A program made the position numbers and the translations under genes. Under the pieces are notes generated by a model. That model searched no databases. It worked only from the letters and a program-made list of their open reading frames with translations, and was not told the DNA's origin. Positions 51,133-64,000 of a stretch of 64,000 bases of DNA are shown in pieces (positions within the stretch are counted from its first letter, which is position 1; each line of letters begins with the position of its first letter). The stretch comes from Antedon mediterranea (Eukaryota; Animalia; Echinodermata): NCBI RefSeq assembly GCF_964355755.1, contig NC_092672.1, positions 23,573,237 through 23,637,236 of the forward strand, read 5' to 3'.

Positions 51133-53885
51133 GTAAGTCATGCACACTTGTATTTAAGTGTCTCAAGTAATTGTATATAACTTTTTTTTCCAATTTAAAA
51201 AGTCTAGATTAATTTTTTCATAAAATCTATAAATTGGAGTAATAAAGATTTTGTCTGATTTAATGTTGTAATTATAGATACAAAATCTTCACTCATCTTA
51301 AACCTTACATTATTTTAATGATTTACATTAATACATATACAACAAATACAATACATTAGTTTACAATTTTTAATTACAGGTTTGCCAAATATAATTGTGC
51401 CACATTTCAACAAATTACAGCATATAATTACTGTAGATAAAACCTGTTTAAATTACATTTGCTCAAAAGAGCATTATCATTCTACGGAATGTGCCTTGAA
51501 GGCTTTGGTCTTTTGCTCCATCGTCCTACTGTACCCCATCGCTTGTAGTATAATATCCCACTACCCGGCCTGTGTTAAATATAAAGGCCTCCATGTATAC
51601 TAATTCATATTATATTTACCTGTTTCTAATGAAAAAATGGATAAGCTAGATTGTTTTAAATTTAAAGAAATGCAGAGAATAATTTGCAAGCATATAATTA
51701 TATTTGAACATAATGAACAACTACCTAAAATGTAGTCTTCTTTATTGTACCTTTTTAATATCCTAGATGTGGGTAAAGTACTTTAGAAGAATCCTCTCTC
51801 ACTTCTCATCTGTTGTGCTGGCATACATATGTTATTTGTTTTATTCTTTGACTTCATTTATATATTATCTTTCATTTATGTAATTGTGAAACATTCTAAG
51901 CATACCATTATTTTAAAATATTTTCTTATCTTATTTTATGCAATGTTATTATATTCTTCAATTTTCAACAGCAGCTAGCTATTTAAAAAGAAAGAAAGTT
52001 GATTGAATATAATTGTATGTAAATTTTTAAGAAAATTCAGTCGATGATCACTGTTTAAAAAAAAAATATAAAATAAGAAATATTTAATGCAGTATTTAAA
52101 ATGAATTAATGAAAACAATTATGCATTTCTTCAATGGCCGCAAATGGTAACTGGCTGCAGGCCTTTTAATTTATTTTAAAGTCAGGTTTTTCAAAATTTA
52201 CCCAACTTTGTCAATAAAATGATCCAATATTGGGAAATAAATAAATAATATTCTAATTTTAGCTATTAATTATGTGAAAATTATTAAATTTGAGACCTCT
52301 AATCAGTCTCATACTTAGTAGATTTATTAAAACTAAAGACAAGGGTTGACATGATGATTTGTTTGTTGCTAGAGGATAACGGTGTATTACTATCAGCAAG
52401 TTAAAAGAAAAAATAATGTTCCTCAAATTTTCTAGACTATAAAACATGTCCTACTATAACAATTTGTCATTTTCCATTTTAAATTTGAGTGCTAAATAAA
52501 ACAATTGTCTGCTAAATCTAAAACTTAGTTTTCTTCATCTTTCTGATTTGACAGTAAAACAAATGTAATGTCATTGCAAACCCTTGTTTATATCACCATG
52601 GTTAAGGACAGTTTTAAAGAAAACTGAATAGGCCAAATTGTTTTTGTTATGTTCCATGTCCAGGATTTGAAATTTGTATTTTTTATTTGAGAAATATGTG
52701 AAAGATGGTGTTACAGTTCAGTTGTGTTACATACCTTAGAGTGTGTAATAAATGCTTTATTTTAATTTTTTTTATTACCATTAAAATACAATGTAGCTAA
52801 TAGATTAAAAAGCCATCCATCTCAAAATTTGCTTATAAAGGAAATGTGAAACTAATTATTACATTTTGTCTTTATTTATTTTATCTTTCATATGTTATTA
52901 CTCTATGATTTATATATACTACAGCTTGTGTATCTGTCAGTGTTCTTTCTTCTTTTTTTAATTAAAAAATGCCCTTTTGCAGCAATGTCAAATGATCAAA
53001 GCTAAACATAATTGTAAAAAATAATAATTATTCTTAATTACAAACTTTCTTATTTACAAATGCCGGTAAAATCATAACTAAGTTTGTTTACACTTGATAT
53101 ACTTACTTTCTGCAATGTAAATTATAATATTTTTAAAAAGTACTATGTTATTTCAAAATTACATGGATCAATAAAGTTATTGATTAATCATTAATACTCC
53201 TCACACTTTTTTTAAATTTTATTAATCAAATACTGTAATTTAATAATATTGATAATGTGCCAAATTGTTAAGTTAAATTGAGATTTGCTATTCTCTTAAA
53301 AACAAAAAACCAATATATTCTTAGGCTAAATCTTATATAATTTATTTTAAATTGTATTTTTAAGTGTATATGGTCATTATTACAGTTATGATCATACTTC
53401 AGTTTAAAATAATTTCCATTACACAATTCTATAAGAGAAGAAGCACACTACGTGCAATAGCTTTCTTTAACTTACCAGTATTTTCAGTTAATTCATTGCA
53501 ATTATTATACTACTATATAATTTGAATTTAAGCAAATTATGTAGTTAGACAGGAGTAATAATGTCAGCTGCATTACATCAAATCAAGACATTTTAATACA
53601 ATCACACTGCTAGAAACAATGGTCAATCCAATTGTGGTCCCAATATGTCCTTCATAAAGAATGGGAAAATAATAATAATAATGGATAAATAAATGACAAA
53701 TATTGTTTATTGTTATTATAACTTTAAAATCATAGCACATGGGCAGTACTCACCAATTTTCATATTTGTTGCTCATACCAAAATGTAAAACCACTAATGC
53801 TAGAGAATTTATTTGTTACAGACTTATGGGAAAATCAGCATTGTATTAAACTATCACATGGAAGTTTTCAAATAATATATACTAT

Positions 53886-54480
53886 GGCCCTGTTTCTTCC
53901 GCCAAGAATATACACACTGTATATTATTTTATATGGTATTTTTTGTGGCAGCAGAAACGGGTCTCATAAAAAATATACTGTATAAATATACCGTATAATC
54001 TTGATCATTATCGATATCGTTACCTCTGATATTTTATCATACTGTATATTTCTTGCACCTTTCTGCTGCGTTATGAATATACCATCTATATTGTTCACCC
54101 ATAACACAAGGTTTTTTGAGCATACCCTACTTAGAACAATTACTAAAATGTCACAGTGGACTGAAAATCTTAAGATATTTGCTCTTTTTAAATGTGATAG
54201 AACCGAGGTTTCAGGGTAATAGAAGATGTGGGGTTTGGTTGTCGTCAAAACAAGTGAAACAGTAAGCAGTACAAAACAGCAATGGACAGTGACTGAAAGT
54301 TAGGTAGACACGGGGTTATCCGGTCCCATATGGGATTTTACGGGATCGAACCATAGCTATCTATTCCTCAATCCATATAATCCCACAAAGTAGTTTTCAA
54401 AGGAAACGGGTCACCGAATTATAATTCTAATAATTATTACGTTATGTTTATGCCGTACATATTGTAGCAGAAACAGGGCC
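53886..54480. mobile_element. PIF/Harbinger-like MITE
   Basis: TAT|GGCCCTGTTTCT ... AGAAACAGGGCC|TAT, 3-bp TSD. Confidence 0.75.
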
Positions 54481-55319
54481 TATCTTACATTATTGGCTCA
54501 TTGGGATGAATAAAGATTGGTATTAATAGTAATACCTAAGCGTAGACTCACAGCGTTAGGTTTTTTATCCAACACAAGGTAATCCTCTCTTGCGAGGGTT
54601 ATTAACGCCACTGGCAAAGCGTAACAGCTTCCTAACGCTAATCTGCAGCTTAGTTCACATACAAAAATGTGTACACTGCTTACATAACGCCACCGTGAGT
54701 CTGAACATACCCTAAGACACTGAACAGTACTATGTTTAAAAATAAAGGTGATTAATCAAAGACTCCAGCTGATAACTCCTCCACATAAAACTCCTAGAAA
54801 GTAGGAAGCCTTCTGTCCTCTTCCCTGACTGACTGAGCAGATATATATATATGATCTCTCTATTAATAATTTATATTGTAAACCTTATTATGTAAACAGA
54901 AATATCAATGACAATTCTTCTTCACTAAAAAGTTTTTTAAAGATATGCTACATTATTAGCAATTCACACCTAAATCCAGCCCTCAGTCTTAACCCTTTTC
55001 CAACATGCAATTCGTTTTTTGAGGATATTCACTACAATATTAGCAAATTACCCCCTAAATCCACCCTTTTCCAACATGGCTGTTGAAAAAGTGTGTCATC
55101 CAATGGAATAGTTTTATTGCCAGTATTGTATGTCTGTGGATTTTCCATCTGAGTTGACATAGCAGCAATCAATCATTTAATTAAGAAACCTTTGATATCA
55201 ACAAACGTATAAGCCAGTTTCGAAGTTACCTACTTCTATTCTAGTTGTAGTTAAATTGTTTCTACTGAATAATAATTTAAACGAAACACAATCGGCCTAT
55301 AAAATTAGAAGTTTAAAAA

Positions 55320-55440
55320 AACTAGAGGTGCCATTTATTATGAATTTCATGTGCGAGAGCATTTCCGGCCATCTAGAGGTGTCATTTAACAAAATTTGCT
55401 TTAAATCCTGCTCCCTTTTCAGATCCTGGCTAAGGCCCTG
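55320..55440 (-). mobile_element. Older terminal fragment of the hAT5-like family
   Basis: TTTCCGGCCATCTAG.GGTGTCATTTAACAAAATT..CAGATCCTGGCTA.GGCCCTG, as at 41235-41360. Confidence 0.75.
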
Positions 55441-55736
55441 GACATTTGGGCAATCTTCTTAAGATAGTCCTGCTACCGCCCCTGTAAATAATTCTAAGCA
55501 TGTGAAACAAAATACTGATTATTGATTATTTGAAAGTGGATAATTTAAAAACATAAAATATGTTGATATCACATGGATGACACACACACAGAGTGATATA
55601 TCCCTTTGTTAGTTTTTCTGTCTTGTGCTGCTATTTGTATCGTGGTATTTTAGCTTTAAAGTTAAAAAAAATTAAGATAAAATGAGTTGAATATATTTTA
55701 TTGAAATGAGTATTTATTATTCAATTACATAATAAA

Positions 55737-56381
55737 ACTAGAAAGCCACTCCGAGAGTGCATACCTCCGCCTACTGTAAAATTCGCCTACATAAGATTTC
55801 TCCGATTTGTGTGTGTCTTAATACTGTTTGTGATTTAGGCTAATTTCACTACAAGCATGTGTATGCGAGTTTGGGGTAATGGTTATGTAACAAGCCTTTC
55901 AATTAACAATAGCTTCAGTTGACTAACAATAGAACAGCAACGCGAAAATCAAACGAGTAAATTTGAAAAGGAAATAGGTTTTTAAAACTACTGGCATTAA
56001 AAAATGTGCACATTAAATCAAATTATGTTTTAAAATCTCAAATCACAAATTATAATTCTTGCCTCTTGTACAAAAATGAAGTTTTTTGGACAAGTAGTTC
56101 TCGAGAAAATGCAATTTCAGTATACTTGTTACTTTAAGACTGCTCGCCGGCTTTTGAAAAATTCTGTCCTATCTTTTAACACTAGCCGGTCTAAAAAGTA
56201 TACTAAAAAGTAGTCCAGAATTGGGACAATGGTCCCAAAATTTAATGGAATGGTCCTTGACCACATATCTATCTGTATATTCATTTTGGTAAAGATCTTG
56301 TAATTACTTTTTGAGTAATCCTGCTAACAAACAAACAAACAAACACGCTACCGATTACATATACCTCCTTGGCGGAGGTAA
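55737..56381 (-). mobile_element. Second HINE with the same termini as 19932-20450
   Basis: ACTAGA..CACTCCGAGAGTG.A.ACCTCCGCCTACTGTAAAATTC ... (CAAA)n ... ACCTCCTTGGCGGAGGTAA. Confidence 0.75.
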
Positions 56382-59154
56382 AAAATAGTTTTGATAGCTG
56401 AATTCAATTAGCTTGGTTTTTATGAATATCTATTACTACATTAATACATAACTTGCTTGCTCATCTTTATTGTGCTATATACTTATGCTAGGGTTTTATT
56501 TCTAGATTTTTCGTTCTCTTTAATACTATACAATCAAATATTTTAATGAAATCAGTAAAACAGCTTATAGAATAATAGGAACTAAAGAGAACACTAAAGA
56601 TATTGTTAAAAGTGCCATAAGTAAAAAGTAATTACCTCATCATTACCTTGTCTTTAGTACCAAGATGGAAAACCAATAGGATGAGAAACTCGTTTCTCAC
56701 TACACTGCAATGAGTCAATTCAATGAAACTTGGAAACATTGATCATTTTATGCCATACCCTTACACACACCAATCTTGCTTGTATTTTGTATTTTAAACG
56801 ATTTATTTTATCTGTATTTTACCAAATTTTAACATTTTTTAGCTCATTTTTATATCTTTATGTGAATTTTTAACTTTGAACAAACAAAAATAATGTACAT
56901 ATTTTTCTGTGTTTGACCATGAATAAATGAATACTAGGCCGGTAATTTGTTTAGGTTTATAACTAAATAGGCCTACTGTAATAATATTCAATTCAAATTG
57001 TTCTATCCTAATTATAGTTTTCAAAGTATTAAATACAAAATTACTAAAGAAATATAAAATCTAAAACTCCTTTATTTTTTTTTATACATAAGCAATATTA
57101 TAATAATAATTAATCTGATACTCTAGAATATAAGTTTAAAGTTGATTATTTTAATAAAATATATTATTTTTGGCATCATGTTGTACTATACTACTCACAC
57201 AGTGATAAAACCTAACATGGCTGTTCAAGTGAGGCAAAAGCTTCTCTTTTCACCTCCTTTTAAACAATTTAAGCATTTTACTAATGTAATATACAGTACA
57301 TAAGTACTTTCCTATCTACCAGATTGTTGATTCAGACAGTTTTTTTAAAAGTTTTTGATAATTTCCTTGGGTGATATATTTTTTACTGAAACCACTCTGA
57401 GTCGAACTAAATACCTGATCTTAATATAAATTTTAAAGATGCCAATAAATATAAGTTATTAAAAGATAGTGATAAAATTAGCGCTGTCAGTGTCAATTGA
57501 AATGAAAATATGCTGTTAGTTTACAGGGTAAACAAAATTTGGTTCACAACTTTACTATACCAATTTTCAACACAAGTGCAACTGATTATCAGTGATTTAG
57601 ACTCTCAATATAAAATCTGGTAGTGATGATGATACACCTTTAAAGCTGTTTTACAAGTTATCAACTTTTCTTTTGCATTAGTGTTTAGTGGTTACAATAT
57701 TATATAAACCACAAAATGATTGTCATAGCTTTCTGTGTACCAATCCAATTGTACCCAATGTTCCAAATAAATCGATAAATATTTGTGGTTAATTAATTTC
57801 CACAAATATAAAATTTATGGAGGGCGACATTCAAGTTTATCTAAATATTGTGCACAATAAAAACAAGTTTGCTATTCATTTTGTATAACAAACACATGGA
57901 ATATTTTAACACATTTTGTTTTTATTGTTCACTTAAATCGTTGTATATACTTTATCGTTTTATAGCATTGCTATGTTTTAATATTGTTGGTGTTCCACTT
58001 AGTGCTTTTTGACAATTAGGCTTAAATATAGTTACTGTGTGCAAAACAATATCAGTTTTTTGTAGCAACAGTGTACGGTTATATGCTCTAATTTAAAATA
58101 TAATCTTTAACGTGTATTATTATCAATACATAATGCTATACATTATGTTTTTTCACGCTTTGGTCATAAATTTCCATTTGAAACACTTTATAAAATATTG
58201 AAAACAATAGTGTCTTGACCATTTTATTAAATTAATATTTTTTAAACAGTATTTAATCAGTAGTTAAAGGTGTATTGTCCTCAAAATCATGAAAAATGAA
58301 GATTAATTAAAAATCAGATTTTTAATATGTTATTTTGTAGGGTTTTAATAAAGTTACTGTAATCACTTCCGTAGAAAAAAAACGAAAAATAATAATGTTT
58401 TCACTTATAAAATGACAAATAAATGGTTAAATTCAACCAAAAACCCATTAAATTCTGTTTATATTGTTAGCACTTTCAGTACCAGTGTACTCTATAGCTC
58501 ACTATGTCGGTCAGTAGGTTGGTCGGTAAACACTAACTCAAATTTGTGCATGTGACTGCAGCCATGTAATGGCCTTGTCATCTATTTAAATAATAATAAA
58601 TACAACATAGTACAAAACTGACTCCAAATAACAAGAGGCAAGCCATGATTCAACGTTTAAATATAAATCTACCCACTGTAATGTTGGTGTTGCTACAGTT
58701 TTTCATATTTTAGAACAATGACAGATTATCAATGCTTACTTTATAGCATTCATTCAAGTATAAGCAATAATGTCAACAGTATACTATTTGAAAATCACAA
58801 TATAAAAAGATCAACTTTAATCATTTTGTAAAGCTTAATATTTGTTTATACATTCTTTTAAATTCAAACTTTTATTTATCCACAAAATATCAAAGATTAA
58901 AAATAAAACTTGTTTCAAAAATGAGTGACACTATTTTAACTAAAATAACTAACTTAAATTTAAAGTTTAGTTAGCAAAGTTCAAAAGGATGAACTAAAAC
59001 ACCTAATAAAAACCTTAAAAGAGGCTACGAGGATGCTTGTTTTTCTTGTCTTACCATTATTGAATAAATGTTATTGAATTGAAATTGAATTGAATTCACA
59101 GCCACCACATATTTATACATTAATGACAAAATATGATGTTTTAATTAAGTTTAA

Positions 59155-59500
59155 AGATATATTGTTCCCCTAAAAAAATATATTTTTTAATTTTTTTGTT
59201 GAATATGTTATTTTAATGTCACATAATAGTTATTCACTCTCACAAAAAATTGGGTCTGAAAAAAATTTTATTTACCTGAGAAAAATGTAATTTAAAGCAA
59301 AAAATGGTCAAATTGTCTGGAAGACAATGAGTTTTTGGGTAAGTTAACTGTTTATTTTGTTTTTTTATAGGTGAAATAATTTTTTTCCCCCGTTTTTTTT
59401 CTTATGGAAGTGAACAACTTCACTAAAACTGCAAAATGGCCTATTCAAAGTCTGATTTTAAAAATCTTTATTTTTCATGATTTTGGGGGACAATACATCT
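59155..59500. mobile_element. Kolobok-like MITE with TTAA TSD; an inverted partial copy at 58268-58460 and a terminal fragment at ~27600-27660
   Basis: TTAA|AGATATATTGTTCCCC ... GGGGGACAATACATCT|TTAA. Confidence 0.8.
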
Positions 59501-60200
59501 TTAACTAAAAATGAAAAACTACAATGTGTATTCCCTTTGCGTACTGATCAGCCATTTTTTATTGTTGCATGGTTTCAAAATGATGCAATGAACTTTACTC
59601 CGTCTATTGGATTGAATGTTAAATCAACCAAATATAAGTCCTGATAATGAACAGAACAGAGTATGCTCAGTATAATGTGCATAAGCATGCGTAGATTAAT
59701 ATTTTGTGTAGATTACCGTATCCTTTCATCTACCATCCACCTTCGTCTACCATACAGTACTGTCATAAAGTCACTAGTTTTATTGTAAATTAACAGCACA
59801 CTACGTGCAACAGCTAATACTAAATAGTAGTACTAATCATTGTCAGTATTTTCATTTCTATTGTAAATTAATAGTCAACAGATACCTCTTAGAATCAGTC
59901 AGTCATACATTCTACTCATCCACCCTTTACCAAAAATTCGGGATTTTTAAAATGTCTTTCTTTCCATCGTATATATTCATTTAGGACTGACAATTTCATT
60001 CTTATAGTTTCATTCTACTGTAAAACAATACTACTCTCTTTTTCATTACATTCAGCCTCTTACATTAACATTCAAATTAATTCAGAATAAATACATTTGA
60101 ATGATGAAGCCTAAAAAAACAAAAAACAGAATAACTAAAATACAAATACATTGGTATATTTCGAATTTCGAAAGGCATTGTGAGATAGAATAGAGCTAAT

Positions 60201-61209
60201 GGGTGGCGCCATTGTGAGCCATGGAGAAGCGCGCCCTCATCAAATTAGAAAGTAAAAATCATAGAGGGGATCTGCTAATACTATAGGGGGGATAGAGTAA
60301 TTGACTTAGCCCTCTATACAGGGATGTCACTAGCTTTTTGGAGTGCCGGTCGCTAAAATAACGACAAACCCCCCGGGGGGGACCCGGGGTTTCCCCGGGA
60401 TACCCCCCCCCCCCCGGGGGTTTGTCGTTATTTTAGCGAAACATAAAGAATTATGAAAATAAATAACAACAAATTGCGTCAGGTCTAGGCCTAACCTTGT
60501 ACCACCGGGGAGTCGCCGTTATTATTCGCGAAAACAAAAAAACGCTTACGAAATGAATAGCAATAGATCGCGTCAGGCCTAGGCCTAGCCTTGTAGACAC
60601 TACGACCACTAGGCCTAGCCAAGGCTTAGATAGATGCCCCAAAATCTGAATTCCACAAAAACAGGCGCTTCCTTTGTTTAGGTCTATGTATGTAGTTGTA
60701 CATTTTTAATTACTGCGTACTTGTTTGTATTTTTAATCTGTGAAAAATAAAACGCTTGAATGGTCGCTATGTGAACTTTAAACTTGTACACTGTGCTGTG
60801 TGTAGCACGTTGTTCGCCATGACTCACAAGCTGTAACAATGAATACCAGGGCAGGGTAGGCCTGGTATTGTGTTACAAATAAATTAACGTACGTAACCAC
60901 GGAAACATTTGCTGTTCTGTAGTCTTTTGTCTTATCTATATGAGGCTAGCTTGTCTGTTATTAACGATGTGCTAGGTAAAATGTTTTAGTACGAATTTTA
61001 GTTTGGCCAGGCCTAATATAAATATCGTAATGATTAATAAATAAATAGTGGTGGTCGGCAGCCTGTAAATCCTGGTCGGAAATGTTGAGTGCTGGTCGGG
61101 GCCGACCAGCGCCGACCAGCGTGGTGACATCCCTGCTCTATAGGAATTAATAGTTTTGACTTCCTAGTTTGGAGGGGGCGCTGCTCCATGCTGTGAAATG
61201 GCGTCACCC
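60201..61209. mobile_element. Small MITE split by a nested insertion
   Basis: GGGTGGCGCCATT..CATGGAG.AGCG..CCCTC vs GAGGGGGCGCTGCTCCATG..AATGGCGTCACCC. Confidence 0.65.
60319..61135. mobile_element. 817-bp TIR element with 7-bp TSD
   Basis: CTCTATA|CAGGGATGTCAC ... GTGACATCCCTG|CTCTATA; contains a 90-bp palindrome at 60350-60439. Confidence 0.85.
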
Positions 61210-61512
61210 AGTTTGACCTTTTAACCCTGTACTTCCGATACTGTGTTTTAAATGCAAATTGAAGAACAGGAGATTCTTGTGTTATCAGTTCTTTGCTTTG
61301 ATGGAGATGATGATACATAAAACTGTTATAAAGCCTATCAAACATACAGTAGTAAGTCAACCAGAAATAAAACTTGGTTTACTAAAGCTTTGATTGTCAA
61401 TACAATGTAGGCGCTATGCAAGTGAGTTGACCAATAACAAGCAACAGTTCGGATAATCCATCACATTGTGATTGGTCAATTTGCTTGATTTAATTCAAAA
61501 ATATTTGATAGA

Positions 61513-61539
61513 CAGGGAGATGTAAAATAAATCTCCCTG
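61513..61539. mobile_element. 27-bp P-type micro-element or excision footprint
   Basis: GATAGA|CAGGGAGAT...ATCTCCCTG|GATAGA. Confidence 0.6.
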
Positions 61540-63289
61540 GATAGACTACAGACAAATGGACAGACTAAATGTTGGGACAAACAAACTTATTACATGCAAT
61601 TATTACTCAGTAATCACCTCTGTAGTCCCATGGGTACTCTTTTAAATAGTTATTGATTACAGTGCCTTAAAATATTCTTTAAATAATAATTGTGTAAATG
61701 AATTTGACCAGAACCTTTACCATGCCAATCCATATCAATACTTTGAGTTACAATTGTAGATAATATATTGATATTCATTTGTAGCTATACACTAGGCTTC
61801 ATTATCTTAAGATTATTAGAGTATGCGTAACAGCAGTTGACCATATAATTATGCACTGTTTATATTTTGTGTGGTGAAACGAGTACAGGGGTAGGTCTAT
61901 AGCTACAGCAGTATCTATAAATTATGGTTAATTCTGACATAGGCGAGCACAATGCAAAAACTGTGGTACAAATCTCCGCCTTGGATACCTATACCTTATC
62001 TATCTGAGATGTACCGCGAAACGTAGATTTGATAACATTAGTGTTCACAGAGACGCTATTGTTCCATATTTCTATCTTAGGAAGATGTTATAAAGAGTTT
62101 TTTAACACAATTTATGATTTCAACATTAGATTTTCATCTCAATTTCAATTCTTCCCGGTCAAAGTAATTTCCGGGTTTAAGATAAGTTCACCTTGCAACA
62201 ACCTGGTTTCAAATATGTTCTCTCTTTTATACACAAGGGAGCAGTTAAAATAATAGATTTGACCCTAAAGGTGACTGGAAACAGGCACTTTCCATCAATC
62301 AATACAGTGTCCCTTTGGAAGACGAAAAAAAATCAGATATAGTAGGACTGGAGCTTAAGTTGGACATTAATCATAGCCATTTCAGTTTTTTGTTTATTTT
62401 AAAACATACCGCGCGTGTGTGAAGGTACAGTAGTTAAATAATAGGAATTATACTGCAAATTAATAAAGATCAAATTAAATATACGCCATAAAGAATCAGA
62501 ATATATTGTGGGGAATAGTATTATAAAATTACATAGGGAGATTTGATGATAAGACATTTTTCGAGTGAAATCCCGATAGCTGAGTTTTATTGAGTAAGCT
62601 TGCAGGAATAACTGTAGGCTATCTTTGTCCCGTTAGGACCGAGATGTCTGCCCATGTTGCAAGCCGTACCATAATGTCTTCTTTCTTGGGCCCACTCTGT
62701 CACGGCAGTTAGTTTCAAAAGATGATTAAATTAAATAATGTATTAATAATTATTAGGATGGTATTCATTTGAATAAACGCCTCTCCAATAAAACATCACT
62801 TTGAATAATAAACCCCCCCCCCCCCCAACCCAACTATCTAATAAACGTCCATCCACATATTTATAACAACACAATTACACGGTACTATTTGTAGTAGAAT
62901 TCACCGCACTGTTATCTACAATTTACCAAGCATTTCTTATTCTTTTTTAGAACTTTTCATATCTATTAGAGGATTTCATTTGATTATAAATGTTACCATA
63001 TTATTAAAACTACAAAATTTAACATATATCCCTCGAATAAGCACCTCCCTCAAATGACCTCCGCCTCCCCAAAGGGACCTACCAAACAATAAAAACTGTA
63101 CTTTAAAATGTTATTAATCATCTAAAACACTGTGAAACAAAGTAGTTTAGTTTTACGAATGTCAAGCATTTTCAATAATGGTAACCGACAGGAAACGTAT
63201 AAGGAGAACATTATCATTCCGAAAACCATCGTCTACACTTCCTAGAGGGGGAGCGAGCTCACCCTCTAGTGATCATAATTACTGTTTAT

Positions 63290-63760
63290 ATTTTATGTGG
63301 TGTAGTAGGTACAGGGGTAGTCCTACTGTATGCTACAGCAGTATGATCATAATCACTATAGGGCTGGAAGTCATTCAAATATATAGGGTTGTAATTGTAT
63401 TAAACTACTGTGGAGTAGGGAATAGGGCAAAACATCTGACCAATTACTCAACTCCCTGACGCAAAGCTACTCCACAGTAGTTTAATACAATTACGCTGCG
63501 TACTTGGGCTCGAATCTAACCACTAGCCATCAGCGCAAGTGGTCAGAGGTATGAATGGCAGGCTAGTGATCTGGAGGTCGTGGGTTCGTCTCCCACCCAA
63601 GAACTTTTTTCGCAAGTATTCTCAAATGTACTTAGTATGAAGTACAAATGACGTCAGAGTAGGGCAAAACATCTGGACAATCATTCAAATATACCAAATT
63701 CTATATTGTGTGGTGTCTGGTACAGGGGTATGGCTACATCAGTATGGTCATACTCGCTTA
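63290..63760 (+). repeat. Composite repeat with a perfect 28-bp hairpin and a tRNA-like B box
   Basis: 63391-63418 / 63467-63494 perfect inverted repeat; GGAGGTCGTGGGTTCGTCTCCCACC then TTTTTT at ~63572-63610; direct repeats GGTACAGGGGTA and AGGGCAAAACATCTG. Confidence 0.6.
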
Positions 63761-64000
63761 GTGCTTAGTATGTGACCTGATTTTAGTGAAGGTGACAAAG
63801 TCACATTCCTCAAATATGTATCATGTTCAAAGAGACTTTAATACCATATAACCATAACATCTTTATTATTTTGTCTGTTTTTGTTATTGCATGCATCCAT
63901 ACATATGGGGAATAGAAAGTGACCGCAATTAGGGCGAGGCGCCTCGGGGTAATGAGGTATCAAACTGACTGATTGTACTGTGAAGTTTTAAACTATAATT

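Noticed and set aside
61500-64000. A further ankyrin exon expected from the ~11.5-kb spacing
   Set aside because: No 99-bp AG..GT exon with an ankyrin consensus found by eye; the spacing is likely coincidental TE filling

Overview
This is AT-rich eukaryotic (invertebrate-like metazoan) genomic DNA made almost entirely of nested DNA transposons and repeats, with no prokaryotic operons or CRISPR arrays. The main object is a ~12.1 kb Mutator-like element (1708-13775) with foldback-type TIRs. The ORF track splits its gene into pieces, but by hand they join through six canonical phase-1 GT-AG introns into one uninterrupted ~1266-aa minus-strand protein. The domain order is PHD finger, vertnin-like OTU protease (Cys and His intact), a linker of duplicated exons with phospho-SIM-like motifs, then an intact MULE DDE transposase. 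Just downstream of the stop codon (3197-3508) lies an inverted, collinear patchwork copy of the transposase's own coding sequence, so the mRNA could fold into a 'Mu killer'-like hairpin. The rest of the window holds widely spaced one-repeat-per-exon exons of a + strand ankyrin-repeat host gene (23482, 28158, 39357, 51034). It also holds two multi-level transposon nests, Helentron-associated (HINE-like) elements including one with three tRNA-Val(AAC)-like units, hAT5-like, Kolobok-like and Harbinger-like MITEs, P-type micro-footprints, LINE tails and minisatellites. All alignments were done by eye, and superfamily assignments for non-coding elements are tentative.
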